Below the pieces are notes generated by a model. The model was not told the origin of the DNA and ran no database searches. It saw only the letters and a program-made list of their open reading frames with translations. A stretch of 59,025 nt of DNA, the filler included, from Trypethelium eluteriae (taxonomy: Eukaryota), in NCBI GenBank assembly GCA_051942245.1. It is 4 parts of 4 records of this genome, joined end to end, with 100 filler letters (N's around TTAATTAATTAA, not from the genome) between each part and the next. Parts side by side here need not be neighbours in the genome. Positions count along the whole stretch, not along the records: positions 1 to 14,728 come from JAVECL010000676.1; positions 14,829 to 29,504 come from JAVECL010000678.1; 2 more parts are not named here. One strand, 5' to 3'. How positions within the stretch are numbered: the stretch's first letter is position 1; every line of letters starts with the position of its first letter. Of the stretch, positions 12,569 through 23,000 are shown piece after piece. The position numbers were made by a program, and so were the translations under genes.

Positions 12569-14726
12569 GGAGTATCCACGGGTCCGTGCAACCCACGGGT
12601 ATCTGCAACACCGCTCCGCGTTGCGCACCACCACCTTCAAAATTGAATATCTCCACAACCATGGATCTGATTGATCAGCTAATTACAGCATCGAATTCGC
12701 AAGAGCCTGGCGAAGAGATTCTACCAAAAATTGAGAAAAAAGTTCATCGTTCAACGGCTTGGCGGCACAAAGTCGGCCAAACAGTGCCAAGAGGTAATGT
12801 GCGGAATCACACCAACGCGTTGCTTCAGCACCAACAGGAAATGGACCTTGTTGCTCAAATTAACAAAGCTACGGATTGAGGCACTCTACCAACACCTCGA
12901 ATGGTACATAACTGGGCCGCTGTTATTGCCAAAAAACAGCCTGGAGTTAACTGGGCTACGACCTTTATAAAGCGACATAAAAACGAGCTTCATAGTGGCT
13001 ATATTCAACCACTTAATATAGAGCGAAAGAAGGCAGATAATTACTACAGTTATAAATTGTACTTTGACTGAGTAAGTAGGGTCAAACTTTTAGTATTTAA
13101 GATAATAATTTGCTAGTTTAAGAGCTTTTCTAGCAACCATTAAGTCCTTCCACAGAATATCTACAATATGGACGAAAAAGGCTTCCTCATTGGCCAGCAA
13201 CAGAAAGTTAAAAGAGTTTTTAGTAAGGCTGCTTTTGAGGCCGGTAGAGTGCTTGGATCTATTCAATCTAGTAACAGAGAATGGATTACTGTTATCGACT
13301 GTATCTGTATGGATGGCTCATACATTCCACCTGGTATTATCTATAAAGCAAAGCAAGGTAATTACCAAGATACCTGGTTCCAGGATCTCAAGGACCAAGA
13401 GTGCTTTTTTGGCTGTTCAGACTCAGGATGGACCTCTGAGGCTCACGGTCTCAATTGGCTCAAGAACGTTTTTGATCGATCTACAAAGGCAAAGGCTGCG
13501 AATGGCCTCAGAGAAAGACTTCTGATAGTCGATGGCCATGGCTCTCACGTCTCTAACGCCTTTCTAAACTACGCCATGGCAGCTTGAATTAATATTGTGG
13601 TCCTTCCACCTTATTTAACTCATCGACTTCAGCCACTTGATGTGAGCTGTTTTAGCCCCTTAGCGAATTACTACTCACAAGCACTCAACCATACACTTTG
13701 TATGGCAGCAGGCTTAGTGGAAGTAACAAAAAGAGACTTCCTGAGGTTGTTTTGGTACGCACACCAAAAGGTGCTCACTTCTGAGGTTATTAAGAGTGCT
13801 TGGAAGAAAACTGGATTACAGCCATTCAATCCCGATATTGTACTTAATAAGGTCAAGAAACAGCCAAGCAGGCCTTCCTTGAGCCAAACTGAAGCTTCTA
13901 TTAGGTCTCTAAACAACATTATCGAAGTACAGAGGTTCACGCGCAAGGTCTTTGGCCCGAATCCCAATGCCGCTGAGGTGGCAGTTAGCGACATGGTCCT
14001 CCACCTCCAAGCCCAAAACGAGATCCTTAAGCATGAGAATTCGTACCTACAACAGTCTCTGAAGCAAGAGAAGACTCGCCGCTATCGAAATAAGAAGCTG
14101 CCACTGCTCCCTGGAGAAGATAGTAATAACCTCGCGCAGTTCCTTTCGCCAGCAAAGATTAAAGCCCGGCAGGCAGCTGCAGCTAATAGAGAGCAGGAAT
14201 TAGAGACTCAGCGGCTGCAAAAAGAGGCTCAAAAAGTGGAACAACAACAACGCAAAAGGCTTCAAGAGCAACTGAAGCACGAGCGCAAGTTAGAGAGGCA
14301 GCAGCAGCGAATTCAGAGGTCAGAGCAAAACACTCAAAAAAAGCAGCAGCGTCAAGAGGCTCTTGAGCAGCGGCAGGCAACTCAGCAGCTCCGCAATGAG
14401 GCTAAATCTCATAAAAAGTCTCTGCAGGCATCTATGGGGTTATTTAGTGCTCAAACCTCCGAGCCGAATTCGCATTATATAGAGTTATCTGAAGCCGGAG
14501 GTTTGCGACCATCAGGTCGACCTTCGCGCACCCGACGCCAACCACAACGCCTTTTAGATTAAATTAAGGTTACAGAACGCTTCAGTAGACCTCTTCAATT
14601 ATCACCATATAATTATTTAATTAATAGCTGTTGTGGTTGTTGAGATAATGGAGGTGGACGGGCTGCTTGGAAGCGGCAGCTTGGTGTTGCAGATACCCGT
14701 GGGTTGCACGGACCCGTGGATACTCC
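12569..14726 (+). mobile_element. pogo/Fot1-family (Tc1-mariner superfamily) DNA transposon, 2158 bp
   Basis: Perfect 44-bp TIRs at 12569-12612 and 14683-14726 (GGAGTATCCACGGGTCCGTGCAACCCACGGGTATCTGCAACACC). TA flanks on both sides (12567-12568, 14727-14728). Encloses a DDE_1-type transposase. Confidence 0.97.
12661..14562 (+). pseudogene. Inactivated pogo/Fot1 transposase (HTH_CenpB-like + DDE_1 + charged C-terminal tail)
   Basis: Motifs NIYNMDEKGF, SGWT, LLIVDGHGSH and THRLQPLDVSCFSPL. Stops at 12877 (TGA), 13069 (TGA), 13141 (TAA) and 13585 (TGA). Probable 45-nt intron at 13072-13116. Confidence 0.93.
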
Positions 14727-14728
14727 TA

Positions 14729-14828
14729 NNNNNNNNNNNNNNNNNNNNNNNNNNNNNNNNNNNNNNNNNNNNTTAATTAATTAANNNNNNNNNNNNNNNN
14801 NNNNNNNNNNNNNNNNNNNNNNNNNNNN
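14729..14828. other. Artificial scaffold linker
   Basis: 44 N + TTAATTAATTAA (stop codons in all six frames) + 44 N. Confidence 0.99.
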
Positions 14829-16812
14829 GGGGATGGTGGTGGTGGTGTGGATTTCTTGGACTTTGGGGGTGAAGGGAGTGGAGGAGACGGTTGGGGACAT
14901 GGGGTCGGAGGATGACTCGGGAGTGGGAGATTGAGGCTCTGCTGAGGGAAGTGTTGACGTTACGGCTGGGTCTTCCATGATTTGATCGTTCAAGTCGGCG
15001 TTGTCCTCGGTGATTGGTTCGTCTGTTGGTGGATCTTGGGGCATGAGAGTGGGCTCGTCCGGTATAATAGTTGTGTCATCGTGCGTCTGGACTGGAGGCG
15101 GGTATGCAGGAGTGGTAGAGCGGTTGAGACGAGACTCCTCGGTTTCCTGCTCGTCCGCATGTTCATCTTGGGTAATTGGCTCTTCCACGATTGCCGGCTC
15201 TTCAGTCTCTTCTGTCGCGATTTTGCGGAAAGTGCCTGAGTTTGGAGAGAAGCTCATCCTGCTATTACGCTTCTCAGAGTCCGTCTCCACATCCATTCCA
15301 TCCTCTGACTGCTCTTCCTCGACTTGCGGCGAACGCTCCGCCAAAGCCTCATCTGAAGGCTCGGCCATAGGCTCATTTTGCGTGGCGATGTCTTGATCCG
15401 TGTCTTCTGCCGCCTGGCTAGGTCTCTTCGTCTGTGCTTGACGCAGCTTCCTCATCCTTGTCGCGAGCTTTGTATCGTGGACGTATTTAATTCCCTTCTT
15501 CTCAGCCACCCTGCAGGAACAGCGTTCAAATTGGCACTCCATCTTCATGAATTCAATAGTCTCCTCAACCTTCATTCGTTTGCTCCTTTCCTTAGCAAGT
15601 TCTTCGCGGAAATGCTTGATTTCCACAGCTCTTTGCGGTGAAACGTTTTCTTTGTCTTCGCTGAGATCCATCACTCGTCGCTTGGCAGGAGACTTCTTCG
15701 GGGACGCAAATTTGTCATCTTGGTTTTCCTTACTAGTTGGCAAGGCGATCCTTCCCTCCGCGGCGATTCTAGCTACTTCTTCTTCCTTCAGACTTGTTTT
15801 GAGAGCGTCGCGCTCTTCTTCGATGATCTTGATGCGCTCTTGCATTTTTGTGAGGTCTTCTTGTAGGCCGACAGACTTGTATTCCGCTTTGAATGCCTCC
15901 TGCTCTCTCTGCGTTGATTTTGCTTTTTCGATGTCGATGTTTACATGGGCTGCATTGAGCTGTTTTCGAGACATTTTGAGCTCTTCCTGTGCTTTGACGA
16001 GAAAAGATTCCGATTTGTATTGGTCTTTTCGAGCTTTGCGGATTTCCTTTTCATAGATACTCTGGGCATGTGCGTGCGTTTCTTCGCGGCGAACTTTCTC
16101 TTCCTGTAAAAGTGCAAAACCTGATCAGCACCTTCCTCTGGTCCATTGCGTGCACCTGCCAGAGATTGTCGAGTCTGTAACTTACTGTCAGAGCTTCAAT
16201 CCTCTTTGCCATTCGTCTCTCGCGATCTCGTCCCTCCGAACCATCCTTTTGCAGTTTTCGGAGCTCCTCCCTCAATTTCTCCATCCTCAACTCAGCTTGT
16301 TCTCGTCCCACTTCTGCCTTCCTTAATGCAAGTTCATCTCGCCTTCGCATTTCTGCATGATCATTAATCTCTAGATTATTGAAGCGGGCAACCATGCCCT
16401 GGACATCGGAGTTCGTCCGCGAGTGAGATGGTCTCTGAGGTGACCATGACGGTAAGGAAGGTAACGATGGAGATGGTGGCATTCGAGGATCCATTACCAA
16501 GGAAGGCTTAGAGTCTTGTCCATACGGCGGGCGCGTCCCATTTACGCGTTCTGGCGATAAGGGAAATAATGGTGTCCCTGGGGATGGAGGGAAGAATGTC
16601 GGCGGATCCATATTCGAGACCTCCTCAGTAGCTATATCTACTATTGTGGGAGAAAACGAATCAAAATTAATGTCCAGTTGCGGTGCTTGCAGGGAAGAGG
16701 TGGTTGTAGTACGAAAGTCGTGATGTTTGGGGTCTTGCTGCCCGGACGACGCGGCAGCGGAGCGGAAAGTGGCCGCTACCCACTTGCTCAATCTTCGCAA
16801 CCACCCCCACAT
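14829..16812 (-). CDS. Fungal coiled-coil protein of unknown function, 3' end lost in gap
   Basis: ORFs 16051-16935 and 14781-15974 are joined by an intron near 16106-16185. Long heptad-like region (EEERDALKTSLKEEEVARIAAEGRIALP) and a CQFERCSC motif. Start codon is 16812 or 16611. Confidence 0.8.
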
Positions 16813-17210
16813 CAGATAATACGAGCGTGCATCAAGAGCGGACTGCGCTGTCGCTGTATCAAGGGGATTTCGCCTGAAGCTGGCAAGGGCAGAGTTGTAG
16901 CACTTCAGTAGGGATAAAAGATCAATACTCCACAATCAAGATGAGTGAGTTTTCTTCATCGAAGGAACCACCGAACAGTCGTCAATTAGAAATGACAAAA
17001 CTTGGTGGCTCAGACGTTAGTTCGAATCGTCAAACTTTTTTTGTTGTCAACTTGCAATTTACAATCGCTGCTATCAATCATCTGTGCGCTGACGGTTATC
17101 CTATTTACGAACTTTTCGTACTTCTCTCCACTTTCGTCCTTCCTCCCAATCTAGTTCCTTGAACCTTCAATTCGAGAACCCTTCTGAACATGGCCTTTCT
17201 TTCTCTTTTT

Positions 17211-18361
17211 TCAATCAATCGGCGGCGTTTGTAATGTGATTTGATTGTTGAGGTAGGACAGATCGAGCGATGGAACGCTACTATTTTCCTGTCCAAAGAA
17301 CTGCAGAAGACGATTTGCAACCCAAGTTGGATTTTCGTCAGCTACTCGTTCGTCAGCAGGAAGCTTTTTGAAACTCGAAAGTTCAGTATACCAACCTATC
17401 CAATGTCCAGCGTGTGGAACGACGTCGACGGTCAAATCTGAGGCAATAGATCCGTATGCGCTCTGCAGCAATGTACGTGACCCGAAACTTGCCTCTCCGC
17501 CCAATCCTAAGACAGGCATCTTCAAGGGGTGGGGCCACAAGGTTGCGTTGAAGTATGTCGCATCTTTATAAACATTTTGGTTCGAAAAGAACTCCATCCC
17601 GCTTCTCAGAAACCCAGGCTTGCTAATGCTAGCTGTATATCGATTTAACAAATCCTGACTCACTGATTCCCCACCACTATAGCTGGAATGGAAAAAATAC
17701 CAACTGAGCATCTCCTTCTCGCGACCTTGAATGAAATACTGGGCAGCATCAGGGACGCTGAAAAAGGCCAGCTGCCAATTGGAATACAGATTCCACGATG
17801 GCGCAGGATCCTGATCCGTCTCATAGCCGAACCCCGGCAGGGGATATTCGCTCAATCCTACGCGAGGAAAGGTGATTTTATCGCGGTATTTGGCGACGAG
17901 TGCAGAGGTCACGCCGGTACCTTTGTCGTGGCCGAAAACAAATGTTGTATTGATGTTGAGGAACTTGAGAAGAGCATAGAGATCATCCGAACAAGATTGG
18001 GCGTCGAAAGCATAGTCGCTGGGAATACCGCTGTCGCCAGTTCCTCGCAGATCAGGGGCAATGACTGTGTAGTTTTGTGCAAGGATTGGTCCGATGTAGT
18101 ACCATGTAGGCTAGATCGCATAAGTCTCAAGGATCACTTTGGTTGGATGAGAGGCTTGGAAAGAAGAGCGATGCTTACAGAATGCTCAGGAAATCCGTGG
18201 ACAAGCAGAATGGGTGGTCCGGTTCCAGCGTATCTTACATGGATGCTCACGTTTCCGGTGTTAACACGCAAATGCTCCCATTCATCAAATGGAACAACCG
18301 CTGCTCTAGACAAGCAGAAGAGGAAAGAGAACAGTATGGTAACCAAAGCCATTTCGAACAT
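17211..18361 (-). CDS. Secreted alpha/beta hydrolase, epoxide hydrolase / haloacetate dehalogenase-like
   Basis: Signal peptide, then GPPILLVHGFPEHS | PTWYY...VIAPDLRGTGDS, nucleophile elbow GHDKG and catalytic His in AGHWI | ADENP. Two GT-AG introns. Confidence 0.88.
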
Positions 18362-19154
18362 GGTCTGAAAGGATGTCCACTGCGAGGATTGCAGACTAGG
18401 AACCTGACTGATATAGTACCACGGGGCTTTTTATAGTTGATCATGTTGTCCATGACATTTGCCAAGCTTCTAAATTACTGCATTCAGAGCGGAGATAACC
18501 AAATCCTCCGGTTTGTATTTTATTATATACAAAGCCCGACCTCGCCGGTGACCGCCGTAATCAAATCATCCCAAGGCAAAGCGACTTGGCCTAAGTAGAT
18601 TAGCAAATAGCTCGAGACCCAATACTAATCCCTGAGTAATTAGCACTACTTCCCCAATCTTTGTGACCTCACGGTAGAAAATTGGTAGACCATCTGAAGT
18701 CATTGCTCTGGATCGTCTGCTCTTGGAATTATCAGTAGCCAAAATTGGAATTAAAACAGTCTCACTAATGACGGGAGATCTTTCGTCATCGACTGTTATG
18801 TCATTCTGCAGCATAGAATAGAGTACCTCTAAACACTATCACTGGCGAAATATCTAGTGCCAATCCTTTGATTCTTACCTTTCTGAGGAAGGTTCCATTG
18901 CGTTACTCCGTAGCCTCCACTTCAAGTGCCCGGCTTCGAGAGCTCATCGCATGCACCGGTGGTCAAGATTGGAGGCCACCCACACCATCTCCAAATCAGG
19001 CGCAGGGGCTGCATCCTTAGTATTGTCGCCAACGTCACTCCGCCAGGAACAGCCGCTTCTTGACCCATGATCTCCACAATCGCCTCGTCAGAGCTGCGAC
19101 GCTGCCCTCTCCTCTCCACTCTCGGGTTCGTATTATCAAGATCGTCATAGGACA

Positions 19155-19946
19155 ATGGAGTCCGTCCTTTCAACTCGAACCATGTCCTACGTCTCCACCG
19201 CCGACGCCCTCGCAGCACCTCCGCAAGAGACTCCTCCAGTCCCACCCACTCATAGCGAGACCAGCAAAGGCATTCCGGACCGCCACAACCCCTCGCCCTT
19301 CTTCCGTCTCCCTCGCGAACTCCGCGACAAAATCTACGCATACGCCCTCACTTCATCGCAACCCTTCATCTGGCCCTCCGAACACTCCACCCATGGCCTC
19401 CACCCCGCCCTCCTCGCAACCTCCAAAGCCGCCTACAAGGAGGCGGCGCCAATCCTCTACTCACACAACAAATTCATGTTCTCCCACCCCTCCGACGCCA
19501 ACATGTTCGTGCACATCATGTCGCGCGAGCACGCCGCCGCCATCACCAACATCTGCCTGCGCATCCGGGACCGCGACCTGCGGCTCTGGACAGGCTACCT
19601 CGGGTCGACGACGTCGTTTCGCAGCCTGCGGGCCGACATGCCGAGCCTGAAGATGCTGTGGATTTTCTTCCGCTCCACCGCGTGGAACCACCTCAGCGAC
19701 CCCGTCGAGAACTTTCGGCATTGGCAGTCGGAGCCGAAGCTGAAGGATTTGTGCATGAATCTGGAGGGGAGGACGGACGCGGAGGTGCGCGTTATCTGCT
19801 GTCATCGCGTGAATCGAGTGCATTTTGAGCACTTGAAGCAGGAGTTTGCGAAGGAGCTGGTGGTGGATCCGGAGGGGGATGCAAGGAGTGCGTTTGGTAA
19901 GATTTGTGAGGTGAATGTGGCCTTGGAGTTGAGTTGTCCGGAATAG
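19155..19946 (+). CDS. Fungal protein with an F-box-like LPxE motif (FFRLPRELRDKIYAYAL)
   Basis: 263-aa intronless ORF with strong codon bias. Also contains LLATSKAAYKEAAPILYSHNKF, typical of this fungal family. Confidence 0.8.
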   Translation: MESVLSTRTMSYVSTADALAAPPQETPPVPPTHSETSKGIPDRHNPSPFFRLPRELRDKIYAYALTSSQPFIWPSEHSTHGLHPALLATSKAAYKEAAPILYSHNKFMFSHPSDANMFVHIMSREHAAAITNICLRIRDRDLRLWTGYLGSTTSFRSLRADMPSLKMLWIFFRSTAWNHLSDPVENFRHWQSEPKLKDLCMNLEGRTDAEVRVICCHRVNRVHFEHLKQEFAKELVVDPEGDARSAFGKICEVNVALELSCPE

Positions 19947-21043
19947 TTTACGTGAGATGAGGAATGATTGAGATGAAATCTGGATAAGTATGGAGTTGGG
20001 GCGCGTTTGAAGCATTTGGGTAAGATGTACGAGTGTGGAAGAATCACTCGAAGAAAGTTTCTGTGGTTAAGGGCTGGGAGCATAGAGTTGGACTGCTAAT
20101 AAAGGGGACTTCTGGCTGGAATCATCTTGACGGATGTAGAACGACGTAAATTGGAACACTCAATCTTCCGCCAAAACGGTATCTCTTATTCATCTGGAAA
20201 TATCCGCAAGAGTTTAAATCTTACACATCAGGTTCAAGTCAATGTCTATGGACTGTTGCGAACCCTCTACTGTAGGCTTCGATAGCCTCTCAATGCCATG
20301 AAGCATTTCCGATCCTGGCGGTTTCCCTCTCGTATTATACATCTCCCTTCCTCTACCCATTTCATCACCTGCCTCCTTCCTATGCATTTTCCTCTTCTGC
20401 CCCAAAATTTCTTCTCAGTCACCGGCCACTCCATTCCGGTACGTAGGCCTCCCATCTCACCGGAACAACAAATGCATCTCCGGCAAGAGATCGCCATTGC
20501 CCCCTTTTCTTCCCTTACCCTACTTACGCGCTCCATGTACCGAGTTTCCTAAGCTCGTAGCCTATCAGGTCGCTTCGGAAGTGAGGGTGTTCGGGTAGTC
20601 GCATCATAATCTTTCCAAGTTAACTACTACACTGGAGGGACAATGGCTACTACCTTACAGCAGCAGGTGCGGGAAGGGAATATCACAAGCAGTCTTACTT
20701 TGCCAACGCTGATAGCATTGTCACCACAGCAGAGAGGGCTGATGTAACCTTGGCCCACCGGATTTACAAACTCTGTGGCTGGTGACAAAGTTCACAAAAC
20801 GCATCACGAGTAAGTCACAACAAGTAGGAAGTATCAAGTACATGGACCATACAATTGGTTAGCATTATACAACACGGGCAACTACTAATTAAAGTAGGCC
20901 TCAATTTCCGTATAGTTTTCCTGTCATTTCCAAGCCAATACCTTCTCACTCGAAAACCTGCCGTCTCTCTGGGTATCTCCACAGCGATCCTACGAACTCC
21001 GCCAACGCCGAAATTTCAAGGATCACGAGCTGACTGGCCTAAT

Positions 21044-23000
21044 TCATTTGTTGGGCTGGTAAGTGACGTAGCCGGACTCGGCATCTGCGTGCGCACTGGT
21101 CATGGAGGAAGTCTCGCTGTGGTTGAGGTACCTGTGGTGTTTCATTAGCTTTGCTCATGCGAGAATTATTAGATTAAAGCTGGGAGGACTGTGTACCGTT
21201 GCCAAGTGTTGGTGAAAACTAAATACTTGATGGAGCGGAACGCCTCATCGAAAACGTGGACATTGAAATCCTGCGGAATCTGGATCCGGCCACCGGCCAT
21301 CGTGGATTCGATCTCGGTAGTCGGCAAGGCATAGGTGTCTACCGCAGCGAGCTTGTTGCTCATATCGGTTGCGAAGGGTTTCAAGTCATCGAAAGGGCAG
21401 ACATCGCTGTGCTCCGATGTGGGCGAGTCCAGAGCACGATCAGACACCCGGACACCACCAAAAATGCTCTTCAGTCTGTCATAGATCTTGGATTCAACGT
21501 TGATGTTGAAGGCCGCAGTGTTGTGATCCACGCATGCAAAATAGATGTAGGCGGCATCCTCAAACAACTCGAGACGAATATCGTCGTTGTTGACGCCGGT
21601 GTTCGCAACGGCACGCCACTTGCGCTTGAAGTCGCGGACGGCTTTGAGGAAGACGATGTTCTCGGCGGTGAACTCGCGTCGGGCAGCCCATAGGAGGAGT
21701 GGCTCGACATTTTTCTCAAGAGCTTCTTCCAGAGCACCCATACTTCGCTGCTTCTCTGTTTGATCTTCGATGATGGAGCCGGTACTTTGGTTGTCGAGAC
21801 TGAATCGCTTGTACAATAAACCTTCCGTATGGGCGTCCCAAAGAGGTAGGATGATTGAGGTGAATTGGAAAGTCATGAGGCCAGGAATGAACCTATATGA
21901 GTTCAGCGATACTAGGACAGCTATTTGTAGAATTGCCTTACCAGAAGCCAGGAGCTAGATATTTGTTAACATTCGCCACAGCGGTGCTATCAGAGTATAC
22001 AAATATAAGCCACATAGGTGTACCGATAAGACTGGATAAAATGTGAGTTTCGTAGGCTAGGTGCACAGTACTTAGGCAAGATTTACCTCATGGCTATAGC
22101 GAGCCTCGTTTGCAGTGCCCAATAATGGGTATCATGGATGTTACGCGTCACGAACAAGACGAATGGACCAGCGAAGAACGTCCAGATGGCCTGCCAGAAG
22201 GCAGTGGGAATCCATTCAAGGCCACGACGGCACGGCCAGGGAGCGACATGCCTAGAAAAGAATCCGTAGCTTGCGTGGAATTTGTATGACCCAAAATAGA
22301 GGAAAGTAGTCACGACGACCTGTTGCCAGCAATGAGTGAGATTCCGAGGGTTACGAATGCAATTGCCATGTTCAGAGTCTCCAGTGCTCATGTACTTACC
22401 TGGATAATAAAGGCCAGAACGATGGCTAGATAAGTCCTCTGAAGAGCATCAAGCTTTTTCCATCTAACAGTCAACTGGCGGCGCTTGAACGATAAGTCAA
22501 CGTTCATGATGGCACCCGGATTTCCATGGACTAAGAAGCGTTGCCGTGTCGAATAGGCATGTAGACGCATATTGGCCGCTGAGCGTCGTTAACAGGGTGA
22601 TTCCATATGCAAGTCAAGTGGAGGCCTACCTTGGAATAGTGCCATCCCGAGGGGAAAGATGATCCCTTTCGAAATTGTCAGAGATAGACAACGAAAACAG
22701 GTCAGCTGAGCAATACTGACCCATAACCCAGAATTCCCCTCCGCACTTGAAAGCGCCATTTTCAGGATAGATACAGAGAACTACCGCAGCATAAATGTGG
22801 TTGAAGGCGATGCAGAGAGAAGTTAACTTCCAGCCACGCATACGGATAGCAACTGTTTGGCGTTTCAAGAAAATCGCAAGCAGCCCAGCAACGATGAGTA
22901 ACGTATATAGCGAGAGAAAGACAATGTAGAAAATCCCAACGCCGTCGAAATTTGGCTTGCTGGTCCAATTCAGAACGCGAGGAGTCAGTGAAGACACCAT
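21044..23000 (-). CDS. gprK: 7TM receptor with C-terminal RGS domain (GprK-like, fungal class VI GPCR)
   Basis: Multi-exon gene with hydrophobic helices (EFWVMGIIFPLGMALFQAAN; EWIPTAFWQAIWTFFAGPFVL) and RGS motifs EFTAENIVFLKAVRDFK, FNINVESKIY and VFDEAFRSIKYLVFTNTWQRY. Confidence 0.88.

Noticed and set aside
4615..14562. In-frame stops as evidence of stop-codon reassignment, readthrough or A-to-I editing
   Set aside because: All three stop types occur, copy 1 also has a frameshift, and intact genes end normally in TAA, TAG or TGA. Mutational decay is simpler.
14773..14784. TTAATTAATTAA palindrome repeated three times in the window
   Set aside because: Always centred in N runs, so it is an assembly linker and not a biological element or piggyBac TTAA site.
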